A stretch of 64,000 bases of DNA from an uncultured virus (IMG/VR IMGVR_UViG_3300028559_000007) (IMGVR_UViG_3300028559_000007); one strand, 5' to 3'; counted from the stretch's first letter, positions 20,696 through 31,095 are shown. The notes: generated by a model from the sequence alone, not told the origin. Translations and numbers: made by a program.

Positions 20696-21253
20696 ATGAA
20701 TTGGAAAGAATATTTAGTAATGTCTGAAAAAACAATGTCTACAGAATTTCACTGTGATTCGAAAGATGAAAGACTATTACATGCTGTTATTGGTATTTTA
20801 ACAGAAATTGAAGAGCTATTAGATAATCATGATATGGATAAATCACCTGATGAGGTTGGTAGAAGTGAAGAGGTTATTGATGCTTTATGGTACTGTGCTA
20901 TAATATCTAGAGAATTTGATATTGATTATCCACAGATAGTTACAAAAATGCCTAATGAAGATCCAATTGGTTTGATTATTAAAATTATTAAAAACACTTG
21001 TAAATTATTAGACATGATGAAAAAGAAATTATATTATAATAGACCAATTGATGAAAATAATTTTAAAACTATATTTCATTTAATATTATTAAACTTTTCT
21101 GATTATGCTAATTGTTATGATATAAATTTAGAAAAATCATTTGAAGTCAACATCGCTAAATTAAAAGCAAGATATGGTGAAAAATTTTCTTCTGAAAAAG
21201 CAATAAATCGAAATTTAGAAACTGAAAGAAATATTTTAGAAGGTAAAAATTAA
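20696..21253 (+). CDS. MazG-like nucleotide pyrophosphohydrolase
   Basis: LLHAVIG..TE..EL.D, EE..D.LWY, N..KL..RY. Confidence 0.8.
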   Translation: MNWKEYLVMSEKTMSTEFHCDSKDERLLHAVIGILTEIEELLDNHDMDKSPDEVGRSEEVIDALWYCAIISREFDIDYPQIVTKMPNEDPIGLIIKIIKNTCKLLDMMKKKLYYNRPIDENNFKTIFHLILLNFSDYANCYDINLEKSFEVNIAKLKARYGEKFSSEKAINRNLETERNILEGKN

Positions 21254-21264
21254 TAACTATATTT

Positions 21265-21600
21265 GTGGTATTACCTAATTTTAATAAAATGACGTGGTTT
21301 GATGGTTCTTATAATGTTTCAATAAATAATCCACAAAAATATAAAAATGAATTTGAATCTTTTAAGAGAAAACTAGGTAAACATAAATACTGGTTTGAAT
21401 CTCTTGGAATAAAGAAACAATGGGATCTTCTTTTCATTTGGAAAAAAGAAAAATATTTCTATCAAAATACATTACAAACAAAAAACAATCAAGTGTCATT
21501 GAAAAAGTTTTTATATGAAAAAAGAAATTCTAGACAATTTTTTGTTCCTAAAGAAAGACTTAGAGAAAGTGCACTAAATAATCTATTCAATAATATATGA
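21265..21600 (+). CDS. Hypothetical protein with C-terminal tag
   Basis: Ends RESALNNLFNNI; true start may be downstream. Confidence 0.6.
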   Translation: MVLPNFNKMTWFDGSYNVSINNPQKYKNEFESFKRKLGKHKYWFESLGIKKQWDLLFIWKKEKYFYQNTLQTKNNQVSLKKFLYEKRNSRQFFVPKERLRESALNNLFNNI

Positions 21601-22562
21601 AAATATTCTCAGGATTAAATGATGAAAGACTTACAAAAGAAATTTGTAAAGTTTTAACTAAAGAATTAAAAAAATCCTCTTCATTTGGAATAATCGATGA
21701 AGAAATTGTTCCAGGTAAATTACAAGTTGATAAGTTTTCTGATGGGGAAATTTTACCACTTTTTAAAGAATCTGTTCGAGATGAAGATGTATTCTTTGTA
21801 AATACTACAAATTCTTCCGACTCTATTATGGAAACACTTCTTGTTACTGATGCTGCTAAAAGGGCTGGATGTAAGTCATTTACACTTATTGCACCATTTC
21901 AAGGATATTCAAGACAAGATAAAACAGACCATTTAAGATCATCAATTGGTTCTAAAATGTTAGCAGACATTCTTGAAAAAGTAGGTATGTCTAGAATTAT
22001 TACAATTGATTTACATGCTTCTTCAATACAAGGATTTTATAATGTTCCAGTTATACATTTAAATGGTAATAAAGTATTTATTGATTATATAAGATCACTT
22101 GAGTTAGAAAATCTATGTATTGTAGCTCCTGATCAAGGAGCCGTTAAAAGAGCATCAGATTTTTGTAAAGCATTTCCAGAATCATCATTTGCAATGATTA
22201 ATAAAAAACGTATTAAACCAAATGAAATTCACTCAATGGAATTAGTTGGTGATGTTATGGGTAAAAATGTTATAATAGTTGATGATATGGCAGATACGTT
22301 AGGAACAATGAAGAAAGCTGCTGAACTTGTAATGTCAATGGGTGCTAAATCTGTTAGAGCAATAGCTACACATGGTATTCTTAGTGGTAAAGCTTTTGAA
22401 AATCTTGAAACTTCAATGTTTGAAGAATTGATTGTATCTGATTCAATTCCTCAATCCCTACATCCTAAATTAAGAGTTGCATCTTGTGCAAAATTAATAG
22501 GGAAAACAATCTGGGCTATTACACAAAAAATAAGTATTCACGAGTTGAATATCGTTGAATAA
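21597..22562 (+). CDS. prs: Ribose-phosphate pyrophosphokinase
   Basis: FSDGE, YSRQDK, DLHA..IQGF, VAPDQG, IIVDDMADT.GT, THG. Confidence 0.95.
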   Translation: MKIFSGLNDERLTKEICKVLTKELKKSSSFGIIDEEIVPGKLQVDKFSDGEILPLFKESVRDEDVFFVNTTNSSDSIMETLLVTDAAKRAGCKSFTLIAPFQGYSRQDKTDHLRSSIGSKMLADILEKVGMSRIITIDLHASSIQGFYNVPVIHLNGNKVFIDYIRSLELENLCIVAPDQGAVKRASDFCKAFPESSFAMINKKRIKPNEIHSMELVGDVMGKNVIIVDDMADTLGTMKKAAELVMSMGAKSVRAIATHGILSGKAFENLETSMFEELIVSDSIPQSLHPKLRVASCAKLIGKTIWAITQKISIHELNIVE

Positions 22563-22999
22563 TGGGATTTTATGGACCAACTATCATATTAAATGATGAT
22601 GTTCAAATATCTGGAACATTTACATATGATGCAAAAATATCAGATATTTCTGAATATTTAGAGAGCGATGGGTATGAAGTTATTGCACCAACTACTGAAA
22701 TATGTAAATATTTTAAGGATAAAATTAAATACACTTTACCAAGTATAAAATGTTTTTGTGTATTGAATAATAGATTAGAAGTTTGGAATCAACTTCCAAA
22801 TATTCATATTTTTACTAGTAAAAATGATGTTATTGAATATTTAGAAGATAATAGTAAAATATATTATTTAGTCAAAGTTTCAAAAACCAACGCATATGGT
22901 TTAGAAACTTGGAGTCTATATGTATTTGAAAAATCAAATATCTCTAATCTAAGAGAAAATAAAATAAATAAAATTTTAGATGAAAATAATTCTATGTGA
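22562..22999 (+). CDS. Hypothetical protein with C-terminal tag
   Basis: Ends RENKINKILDENNSM. Confidence 0.7.
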   Translation: MGFYGPTIILNDDVQISGTFTYDAKISDISEYLESDGYEVIAPTTEICKYFKDKIKYTLPSIKCFCVLNNRLEVWNQLPNIHIFTSKNDVIEYLEDNSKIYYLVKVSKTNAYGLETWSLYVFEKSNISNLRENKINKILDENNSM

Positions 23000-23345
23000 C
23001 ATAGATGGTACTATCTGTGACGATATTAAAAATGAAGATTCACATTTATACCCAAGTGCGAAAGTAATAGAAGGTTCATTAGAACAAATTAATAAATGGT
23101 ATGATGAAGGCAATTATATTACATTCTTCACAGCTAGAGAAGAAAAAGATAGAGAAGTAACCATTAAATGGTTAGATGATAATGGATTTAAGTATCATGG
23201 GATGATTATGAATAAACCAAGATGCATTAATCCAGATGATGAATATGTTTGGGTTGATAATCGTAAAGTTAGAGGAGTTACTTATAATGCAGTTTGGGGA
23301 GACTTTAAAAAAGTAAATAAAAATATTTTTACATTTGGTGATTAG
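22980..23345 (+). CDS. HAD-family phosphatase
   Basis: DIDGT, FTAR, T..WL, KP, VDN. Confidence 0.85.
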   Translation: MKIILCDIDGTICDDIKNEDSHLYPSAKVIEGSLEQINKWYDEGNYITFFTAREEKDREVTIKWLDDNGFKYHGMIMNKPRCINPDDEYVWVDNRKVRGVTYNAVWGDFKKVNKNIFTFGD

Positions 23346-23400
23346 AAACCAATAAACTTATATACCATAGTCGTATATAATTAAAAAATCAAAAATTTTA

Positions 23401-24567
23401 ATGGCTAAATTAGTTTTAACACAAATTATGAAAAATGAAGCACACGTTATCACACGTATGCTTGATTCAATAAAAACTATTGTAGATATTGTATGTTTAG
23501 TTGATACAGGATCAACAGATAATACTATCGAGGTAGTAAAAAATTGGGGAATACAAAATAATGTTGAAACTCATGTCTTTGAAAGAGAATTTGATAATTT
23601 CGAGAACTCTCGTAATTATTCTATTCAGGTAGCTCGTGATGTTACCAAAGATAGAGGTAATGATTATTGGGGATTTTGGTTAGATGCTGATGAAACTCTT
23701 GAAATACTTCCAAATTTTAAAAAGTCCGCAATTAATAAAGATTTATATATGTTTAATACTTTCATAAATGTTATGAAATATACTCGTAATGAATGTTATA
23801 AACTTGATAAACCATTTCGATTTTATGGCCCTGTTCATGAGTTCATAGTATGTGATGATAAAAATATAACTTCTGGATTAATGGAAGGAATTAATGTAAG
23901 AGTTCAAATGGATGGTGGATCTTGGAAAGGAAACATTCCTGAGAAATATAAATCACATGCTTTTGTTCTTGAAAAATATATTGATGCTAATCGTCAAGAT
24001 CCTCGTTGGATTTTCTATACTGCACAATCTTATCATGATTCAGCTTGTGTTCCTGATAATAAAGAGGAAAATGAAGAGAGACTTCGTAGAAGTATGAAGT
24101 ATTATAAAGAAAGAATATCTAGAAATGATGGATATCCAGAAGAAGTATTCTATTCTCAATATCGTGTTGGAACTATAATGAGAGCTATGGAAGAACCATG
24201 GACATTAACAATGAATGAGTTTTTAAAAGCATATTCAATGGATCCACTTAGGGCAGAACCAATAAAAGCAATCGTTGATTATTATCTAGCAGTTGGTGAA
24301 TGGAATAATGCTTATTTATTTTCTAAATTTGCTAAGATGAATTTTCATCAAAGAAATCCTTATCCACAAAGATTATTATTTGTTGATGAATCACTTTACA
24401 TTTGGAAATTACTTGAAGTTCATGCAGCTTCATCTTTTTATACAGGAAGAAAAGACGAAGCTAGACAATCTTATCAAGAAATGGCTAAAATATCAAGAGA
24501 ACAACCTCAATATTTTACACCAGAGGATTTACAAAAAATTATGATGAACGCCCAGTTCTTTAACTAA
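23401..24567 (+). CDS. GT2 glycosyltransferase with C-terminal TPR-like repeats
   Basis: IMKNE, DTGSTD.T, F..SRN, LDADE, VHE; helical C-terminal half. Confidence 0.9.
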   Translation: MAKLVLTQIMKNEAHVITRMLDSIKTIVDIVCLVDTGSTDNTIEVVKNWGIQNNVETHVFEREFDNFENSRNYSIQVARDVTKDRGNDYWGFWLDADETLEILPNFKKSAINKDLYMFNTFINVMKYTRNECYKLDKPFRFYGPVHEFIVCDDKNITSGLMEGINVRVQMDGGSWKGNIPEKYKSHAFVLEKYIDANRQDPRWIFYTAQSYHDSACVPDNKEENEERLRRSMKYYKERISRNDGYPEEVFYSQYRVGTIMRAMEEPWTLTMNEFLKAYSMDPLRAEPIKAIVDYYLAVGEWNNAYLFSKFAKMNFHQRNPYPQRLLFVDESLYIWKLLEVHAASSFYTGRKDEARQSYQEMAKISREQPQYFTPEDLQKIMMNAQFFN

Positions 24568-24870
24568 AAATTATTTTAAAATGAAAGAATTAATTGAAAT
24601 ATATAAAAATTTAGATTTAAGAGAAAAAATTAAATTTGATAGAGAATACATAAACTTTAATAAAGAAGAAAAGTTAAAACAATTGTTAAAAAGAAAAGAA
24701 CTATTAGATGATTTGAATAAAGTTATAAATGAAGATGGTAAACCTTATTTTTCTTCTGTTTTTATTGATAATATTTATCGTTTAATTATCATTTTTACAC
24801 CTTCTATTTATTTTTTATTAAATATCTTATAAAACTATTTTATAAGATATTATTTTCATATATTTATACC

Positions 24871-25512
24871 ATGTCAAAATATAACCGCACATATCATTTA
24901 AATTGGTCACCTGGATCTACCAGTGATGATAAAATATCTAATAGTGTAAATTCACTCTTAGGTAAGCAAATTGTTATTACCGAAAAATTAGACGGTGAGA
25001 ACACTGGTATGACTGATGATGGTGTTTATGCAAGAAGTCATGCAGCATTTACAATATCTCCTTGGTCAAGAGAAGTTAGATTACTTCATAAATTGGTTGT
25101 TGAAGATGAATTAGGAGATGGTGTATATTTATTTGGAGAAAATATGGAAGGCATACACTCAATTGAATATACTAATTTAACATCATACTTTTATATTTTT
25201 GGTATGAGAGATAATAATGTTTGGGTTCCATGGGAAAAAGTAGAAGAATATTCATATCTTCTTGATATCCCAACAGTGCCTGTTTTATTCAAAGGTGTTG
25301 TTAACACTCAAAAAGAACTAAAAGATTTAACAGAAAAATTAGCATCACAACCTTCAGAACTAGGAGGAATTAGGGAAGGTATTGTAGTTAGAAATGCTGA
25401 TCATTTTCATAATGATGATTTTGCAGAAAATGTGATGAAATGGGTAAGAAAAGATCATGTTCAAACAACAAACCATTGGACAAGAGACTGGAAAAAAGCT
25501 AAAATAATATGA
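24871..25512 (+). CDS. ATP-dependent RNA ligase
   Basis: TEKLDGEN (motif I), FGEN, EGIVVR, KWVR. Confidence 0.85.
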   Translation: MSKYNRTYHLNWSPGSTSDDKISNSVNSLLGKQIVITEKLDGENTGMTDDGVYARSHAAFTISPWSREVRLLHKLVVEDELGDGVYLFGENMEGIHSIEYTNLTSYFYIFGMRDNNVWVPWEKVEEYSYLLDIPTVPVLFKGVVNTQKELKDLTEKLASQPSELGGIREGIVVRNADHFHNDDFAENVMKWVRKDHVQTTNHWTRDWKKAKII

Positions 25513-25554
25513 TTATCCAATGTAGGTGAGTATGTAATTTCTATATATACTTTT

Positions 25555-26154
25555 ATGGAAAAGGTATACAGTATCTACAAAACAACAAATTTAATAAATG
25601 AAACAATTTATATTGGTGTTCATAAAACAAATGATATAAATGATTCATATATTGGATCAGGAAAATTATTAAAAATTGCTATTAAAAAATACGGAAGAGA
25701 TTCTTTCAAAAAAGAAATACTACATATATTTGATAATATGATTGATGCTTATTTAAAGGAAAAAGAAATAGTAAATGATATGTTTATATTAAATGAAAAT
25801 AATTATAATTTAGCAGTCGGTGGCATTTCAACCACTGAATTCTATCCTAATAGAAAATATCTAACTGGAGAGAATCATCCGATGTGGGGTAAAAAACAAT
25901 CAGAGGAATCTAATAAAAAAAGATCAAAAACACAGACTGGTAAAAAAATGACACCTGAGTCCAGCATTAAAAAATCAATTAGTCTAAAGGGTCATAAGTC
26001 GTGGAATAAAGGTAAAAAATTAAGTGATATTGATAAATTAAATAAATCCATTTCAGCTAAAAAATTGGAAAAAATTGAATGCCCACATTGTGGTAAGTTA
26101 AATGACCCAGGTAATAGTAAAAAATCACATTTTGATAATTGTAAAAATAAATGA
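25555..26154 (+). CDS. GIY-YIG (Seg-like) homing endonuclease with NUMOD3
   Basis: IYKTTNLIN..IYIGVH, Y.GSG, YN...GG, HPMWGKK. Confidence 0.9.
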   Translation: MEKVYSIYKTTNLINETIYIGVHKTNDINDSYIGSGKLLKIAIKKYGRDSFKKEILHIFDNMIDAYLKEKEIVNDMFILNENNYNLAVGGISTTEFYPNRKYLTGENHPMWGKKQSEESNKKRSKTQTGKKMTPESSIKKSISLKGHKSWNKGKKLSDIDKLNKSISAKKLEKIECPHCGKLNDPGNSKKSHFDNCKNK

Positions 26155-26447
26155 GGCGTAATTTTAAATTAGAAAGACTTGAAAATGGAGAAACCTTTCT
26201 CACAAGCGAGAAAGGTAATTCAATGGTTCCGTTAATAAAATCTGGACAAGAGCATAGACTTGAGCCGACTAGTTGGGAATATTGTGAAGAAGGTGATATA
26301 GTTTATTGTAAAGTGAAAGGAAATTTTTATACACATTTAGTTAAAGGTAAAAATTTAGATAAAGGATTACTTATTGGTAATAATAAAGGTGGTATTAATG
26401 GTTGGACTAAAAGTGTCTATGGTAGAGTAGTTGAAATTATAAAATAA
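26151..26447 (+). CDS. S24/S26 peptidase-like protein
   Basis: GNSMVPLI..G, GDIV, H.V. Confidence 0.65.
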   Translation: MRRNFKLERLENGETFLTSEKGNSMVPLIKSGQEHRLEPTSWEYCEEGDIVYCKVKGNFYTHLVKGKNLDKGLLIGNNKGGINGWTKSVYGRVVEIIK

Positions 26448-26494
26448 TGAGAATACATAAATTAGAAAATTACTTAATATTTTAATAAAATAAT

Positions 26495-26965
26495 ATGGAT
26501 ATTCAAACATATAAAAATATTATAGTAATTTTATCATTAACACCAATAGCACTTTTGGTAGTAATTTTCTTTCTATTCTTAGATAGAAGAAAAATCACAT
26601 TAGAAATTATTGAATTAAATAATAAAATTAAATCCGAAAAAGAAAGTAAGTTAAATTTAACTAAATTTTATATTGGTGCTAAAGCTATTCTAAAAAAATA
26701 TCAAATGGTATACTCACCCGGAAATAGTATAAAAAAAGAATTTTCAGTTGATTTTGAAGTTGAAGTAATTGATGTATCTGAAAATCAGATTAAAGTTAAA
26801 GTAATTGATTTTAGAGGAAATGATGCTTTTTCTAGAGATATAAAAAATAAGCCAGGAATTATAGCTTATCTAAATAATAGATGGCTTGATAAAGATCTAG
26901 CTGAAATAGTTTTAGATAATTCTCATAATAGGAATCTAAAATTAGAAGAATTAGGTATAAAATAA
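26495..26965 (+). CDS. Membrane-anchored protein with C-terminal tag
   Basis: N-terminal TM helix; ends RNLKLEELGIK. Confidence 0.7.
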   Translation: MDIQTYKNIIVILSLTPIALLVVIFFLFLDRRKITLEIIELNNKIKSEKESKLNLTKFYIGAKAILKKYQMVYSPGNSIKKEFSVDFEVEVIDVSENQIKVKVIDFRGNDAFSRDIKNKPGIIAYLNNRWLDKDLAEIVLDNSHNRNLKLEELGIK

Positions 26966-26981
26966 AATAATAATTAAAAAT

Positions 26982-27344
26982 ATGAATAGAAATGATAAAT
27001 CAAAGTATCTCCTTTATATTGAGCCAACTAAAGAAGAGAAATTAAAAGAACCAATTAATGATGAATTAACTGAATTAATTGAGATGGCTATGACTAAATC
27101 AGAAAAGGGAACTTCAAGATATAGTGATAAAAATGATAAAGGCACTTTTAGAACGGGATCAGGATTCAAAGGTTGTCATGGTACAGATTGTGGTCAAAGA
27201 TCTTCTAATATAGATTATTTACTTGAAAATGGAATGATTACTAATTCATTAGCACCATTCTATGTAAAATGGTATAGGTATTCTATACCTGAAAATGATA
27301 TGATTAAATTAGAACAATTAAAACAATTTTATGGCAAGAATTGA
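26982..27344 (+). CDS. Hypothetical protein (G.H..CG..S motif)
   Basis: ORF. Confidence 0.7.
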   Translation: MNRNDKSKYLLYIEPTKEEKLKEPINDELTELIEMAMTKSEKGTSRYSDKNDKGTFRTGSGFKGCHGTDCGQRSSNIDYLLENGMITNSLAPFYVKWYRYSIPENDMIKLEQLKQFYGKN

Positions 27345-28020
27345 TCATGATATAATCTTTTATGGATTTGATACTATTAAAAAATGGAATATATCAGAAG
27401 ATGTAGTAAATGCTATTAAAAAAATTAAATGGAAATCTGAAGAAGGGTATTATACTAAAATATTAGTATCTACGGAAATTGATAATATTGATATTATTAA
27501 AAATTATTGTGGAGAATTTAATTCATCTGATTTTTATAATAGAGTTTCCATAGGTATACAATTTTTCACAAGACATATTAGATTTCATGATTTAGATGAA
27601 GATTTTATAAAAAACAATAATATAGAACAATATCATATTGATTTAATTAATAGATTATATTTTGATGAGGAATTAGATGAATATGTAATAATATCAACAG
27701 CTGATAAACGGCCTTTTGGCAATTCATCAATTGAATATGATATTTTAGATGTATTATATCCAGGACAAAAAGATTCTGATAAAAGGAGAAAGGAGAAAAT
27801 AGAAAAATGTTGGATTGTATTTGACGAAATATTTAATATTTTAATTAAATTATTTAAAGATTTTCCAATGAAATTTAGAAATTTTGTTTCTTTTAATAAC
27901 GTTGAGTTTGATAAAATATGTTTAGAACAGAAATCATATTATAGTCATGGTTGGGCACCTTGTATTTCAGAGTTTAGAGAAATTAAAATAAATAATATTC
28001 TAAATGAAGTTATTAGATAA
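27331..28020 (+). CDS. Hypothetical protein with C-terminal tag
   Basis: Ends REIKINNILNEVIR. Confidence 0.7.
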   Translation: MARIDHDIIFYGFDTIKKWNISEDVVNAIKKIKWKSEEGYYTKILVSTEIDNIDIIKNYCGEFNSSDFYNRVSIGIQFFTRHIRFHDLDEDFIKNNNIEQYHIDLINRLYFDEELDEYVIISTADKRPFGNSSIEYDILDVLYPGQKDSDKRRKEKIEKCWIVFDEIFNILIKLFKDFPMKFRNFVSFNNVEFDKICLEQKSYYSHGWAPCISEFREIKINNILNEVIR

Positions 28021-28666
28021 ATATAAAGTGGCTATCGGTAAACCAGATTATTACCAAAGTGGTGGATTCAATTGGTTAAATCCATTTATAAAAGGTGTTC
28101 CAATGAAAGATGTTAAACAACTTTCATTTTCATCATTATATCCAAATATAATTTGTGGATTAGTAGAATCTGGATATCATGAAAAGGCAAGTAAAAAGTT
28201 GATATCAGGAATGATTGAGTTTAGTGAAAAATTTGATTATTTCTCTAAAAATAGATTAGTATTAAAGTCTGATGAAAATTTATATAAAGAGTATAAAACT
28301 TATATAAATTCATTTTACGGAACTCTTGGATATATGTCTAAAGTTGAAGGAGAGGTTGACTTTATTACTATGGTTGCTCAGTATTTGAACGCTTATTATA
28401 CTGATCTATTAGAAGAGAATAAATATAGAATTCTATACATAGATACTGATACTATTTTTTATTGTGATGAATTAGATTTATTAGGATTCAATATTAATTA
28501 TGATATTGAGGAAATTCCATATATTTTAATTGAAGAAAAGAAAAGATATATAACTAAAAAAGAAGATTTTAAAGCAAAAGGATATAAAGGAAAGAATATT
28601 CAAACTGCAATTGATTTGCTTAAAACTCTTATACGTGATGATAAAATAGAAAAACTTGGTATATGA
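28004..28666 (+). CDS. Truncated family-B DNA polymerase palm/fingers domain, likely inactive
   Basis: SFSSLYP (motif A Asp replaced by Ser), K...NSFYG, YIDTD, KKRY; only 220 aa; ends RDDKIEKLGI. Confidence 0.8.
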   Translation: MKLLDKYKVAIGKPDYYQSGGFNWLNPFIKGVPMKDVKQLSFSSLYPNIICGLVESGYHEKASKKLISGMIEFSEKFDYFSKNRLVLKSDENLYKEYKTYINSFYGTLGYMSKVEGEVDFITMVAQYLNAYYTDLLEENKYRILYIDTDTIFYCDELDLLGFNINYDIEEIPYILIEEKKRYITKKEDFKAKGYKGKNIQTAIDLLKTLIRDDKIEKLGI

Positions 28667-28854
28667 AAGTGTATGTAATTTTTGATCCCTTATATGACAT
28701 AGTAGTTTGTGTTCATGAAGAACCAAATATGACCTGCGAAAAATGTAAGTACAATGGTATTAATGATGGGTATGGTATTAGTGAAAGTGAATTTGAATTA
28801 ATTAAATCTAAAGCTAACCTAAGAAATGAAAAAATTAATAAATTAGGAATATGA
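28663..28854 (+). CDS. Small protein with C-terminal tag
   Basis: Ends RNEKINKLGI; ATGA coupling. Confidence 0.75.
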   Translation: MKVYVIFDPLYDIVVCVHEEPNMTCEKCKYNGINDGYGISESEFELIKSKANLRNEKINKLGI

Positions 28855-29057
28855 AATTGCCATCAATATTAGATTTAGCAAAAGATGCTCAAAATGATTT
28901 AAAATCAAAAGAAGAACTTTTAAAGGAATTAGAAAAAGACACATTAAATGCTTATATTGTAATTTCTTTGAAAGGAGAAATACATGATCTAAAATTTATT
29001 TTAAGTAAATTTAAAACTGAATTAAGAAACGAAAAATTAAACGATTTAGGGATATGA
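28851..29057 (+). CDS. Small protein with C-terminal tag
   Basis: Ends RNEKLNDLGI; ATGA coupling. Confidence 0.75.
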   Translation: MKLPSILDLAKDAQNDLKSKEELLKELEKDTLNAYIVISLKGEIHDLKFILSKFKTELRNEKLNDLGI

Positions 29058-29314
29058 ATATGTCGATTGAAAATAAATCTTTATATAAAATGAGAGAAAA
29101 GTGGTCTAGACAAAGTTGGTATAGTGAAGATACTTTCAAGTTAAGTGTTATTCACACGGATAGAAATAGTACAAAATTTGGAACACATTGTACTTGGATT
29201 AATCTTAGAACGGAAGAGACTATTAATATTTGGAATACATGTATGGTGAAACTTAATAAAGAAGATTTTATTAGATTAACTAGAGGTCTTAATTTAGAAA
29301 AATTAGGAATATGA
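29054..29314 (+). CDS. Small protein with C-terminal tag
   Basis: Ends RGLNLEKLGI; ATGA coupling. Confidence 0.75.
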   Translation: MNMSIENKSLYKMREKWSRQSWYSEDTFKLSVIHTDRNSTKFGTHCTWINLRTEETINIWNTCMVKLNKEDFIRLTRGLNLEKLGI

Positions 29315-29595
29315 TACCAGAGATAGGAGACAAATTTATTATTGATTGGAAAAGAATTAGTAAAAACCAAAATATAAAAATGTGTTATTTACCAGATTTA
29401 GAATTTACAATAGATAGATTTACCAAATCTAAAATGTCTATTTATTTTTCAGATAATAGAACCAATAAAAAATGCAAGTGTTTAATATGCTCATATAATA
29501 AAACCGAAAAATGTATAGGGTTATACAATATTATTATAACTCAGAAGAAAATATCTATTGATAGAAGTAATAAATTAAAAAGATTAGGAATATGA
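29311..29595 (+). CDS. Small Cys-containing protein with C-terminal tag
   Basis: Ends RSNKLKRLGI; ATGA coupling. Confidence 0.75.
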   Translation: MIPEIGDKFIIDWKRISKNQNIKMCYLPDLEFTIDRFTKSKMSIYFSDNRTNKKCKCLICSYNKTEKCIGLYNIIITQKKISIDRSNKLKRLGI

Positions 29596-30326
29596 AAAAT
29601 TTAGTAAATGTATTTCAAGATACATTAGAGAATAGTAAAAATCTAACAGATTCAACCACATTAAAACATACTTTTAATGAGAGTAATCCACCAAGATTAA
29701 CAATGTTTAAAGATGTAATTAGTGTTATAAATACTGATAGTGTATCTGCGGTTGTTGAATATTCAAAGTATGGTAAAACTGCTGTATTAAATATGGCATC
29801 ATATAAAAGACCAGGTGGTGGTGTTCATAATGGAGCCAGAGCTCAAGAAGAATGTTTATTTAGATGCTCTAATCTTATTCATGTTGTTTCAAAAGACTTT
29901 TATCCATTAGAAGAAAATGAAGCACTCTATACAAATGATGCTATCTTTTTCAAAGATAAGAACTATGAATATATGGTTCCAGTAATTTGTGATGTTATCA
30001 CAATTGCTGCAATCAACTTAAATGAGAATTCAAAATATGATCCTGTTCAAAATGTTACAAACTATCGTAAATTAACAAAAGATAAAATAAGATTGATGGT
30101 TTCACTAGCCTCTCAAAATAAAGTTAAGAATCTAATACTTGGTGCTTGGGGATGTGGAGTTTTTAACAATGATCCTAAAACTATGGCACAATACTTTAAT
30201 GAAATATTAATTGGTGAGGGATATTCTGTTAATTTTGATAATATAGTTTTTGCAATTATAAACGATCATAATTCTGTTGGTAATAATTTCGATATATTTA
30301 ATAATCAATTCAATGGACGATTTTAA
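29592..30326 (+). CDS. Microbial PARG / TIGR02452-family macrodomain ADP-ribose hydrolase
   Basis: LNMAS...PGGG...GARAQEE.L.R.S and LGAWGCGVF.N. Confidence 0.9.
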   Translation: MKNLVNVFQDTLENSKNLTDSTTLKHTFNESNPPRLTMFKDVISVINTDSVSAVVEYSKYGKTAVLNMASYKRPGGGVHNGARAQEECLFRCSNLIHVVSKDFYPLEENEALYTNDAIFFKDKNYEYMVPVICDVITIAAINLNENSKYDPVQNVTNYRKLTKDKIRLMVSLASQNKVKNLILGAWGCGVFNNDPKTMAQYFNEILIGEGYSVNFDNIVFAIINDHNSVGNNFDIFNNQFNGRF

Positions 30327-30337
30327 CGACATAACAA

Positions 30338-30486
30338 ATGAGTGATTATGTAATGAATATAGATTTTGCATCACTTTATCCAAACGTTCAAAAAAGATAT
30401 TCTATTACATCAGATTTGAGAAAAAGATTTTAAAAATTAATAAAATACTAAAAAATATAAATGACGACAAAGGGGTTAATTTTTAA
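30338..30486 (+). pseudogene. Mini-ORF carrying PolB motif A (DFASLYP), frameshifted just before its tag
   Basis: MSDYVMNIDFASLYPNVQKRYSITSDLRKRF* (stop 30431-30433); the -1 frame continues LKINKILK.., restoring RFLKINKIL. Confidence 0.5.
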
Positions 30487-30799
30487 ATGTATAAAAGATA
30501 TTAAAAATATAATAATAGGTCATATCTACCAAACTGAACTAATACTTATTTTAGAAGATATAGAGTTAAAATTGATTAGTGAAGAAAATTTAAATCATAT
30601 TTTGATTAATAAATATTGTGATTTGATTAATATTTTTATTACTCAAATTCCAGTATTTCTTAAATTTGATGATTCTTCACCCGGAATTACAATTGAAGCC
30701 AATGTTATTGATACTAGAAAAAGGAAATCTTTAGATTTACTAGATAATTTAATAAAAGATATCAGAGAAAATAATATAAATAAAATTTTAGAAAAATGA
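30461..30799 (+). CDS. Hypothetical protein with C-terminal tag
   Basis: Ends RENNINKILEK. Confidence 0.7.
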   Translation: MTTKGLIFKCIKDIKNIIIGHIYQTELILILEDIELKLISEENLNHILINKYCDLINIFITQIPVFLKFDDSSPGITIEANVIDTRKRKSLDLLDNLIKDIRENNINKILEK

Positions 30800-31095
30800 C
30801 ACCAAAAGAACATAAAGCATTTCAAATTTGTATTGGAACCATTAAAAATTTAGCTATAGTAAATCAAAGTTATGAATTTGCAGTATTGATTAGGGATATT
30901 CAAAAAGAACTATATATCGGACGACTAGATACAATAGATTGGGTTGTGATCAATTCATTTGATTCACTTAAATATTATGAAAAAGTTAAAAAAATTGTTG
31001 ATAAATATTCAACAGATAAAAATATTGAAGAGGTAAATTCTTCATTAAGAGAATTACTTTCTGTAATAAGACAAGAAATTATATCTAAAATTTAG
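30796..31095 (+). CDS. Hypothetical protein with UvrB/C-like motif and tag variant
   Basis: AIVNQSYEFAVLIRD; ends RQEIISKI. Confidence 0.6.
   Translation: MTPKEHKAFQICIGTIKNLAIVNQSYEFAVLIRDIQKELYIGRLDTIDWVVINSFDSLKYYEKVKKIVDKYSTDKNIEEVNSSLRELLSVIRQEIISKI

Noticed and set aside
28004..28666. Replicative DNA polymerase split by an intron or intein
   Set aside because: Neighbouring ORFs carry no exonuclease or thumb parts, no intron or intein signatures are visible, and the catalytic motif A Asp is missing.
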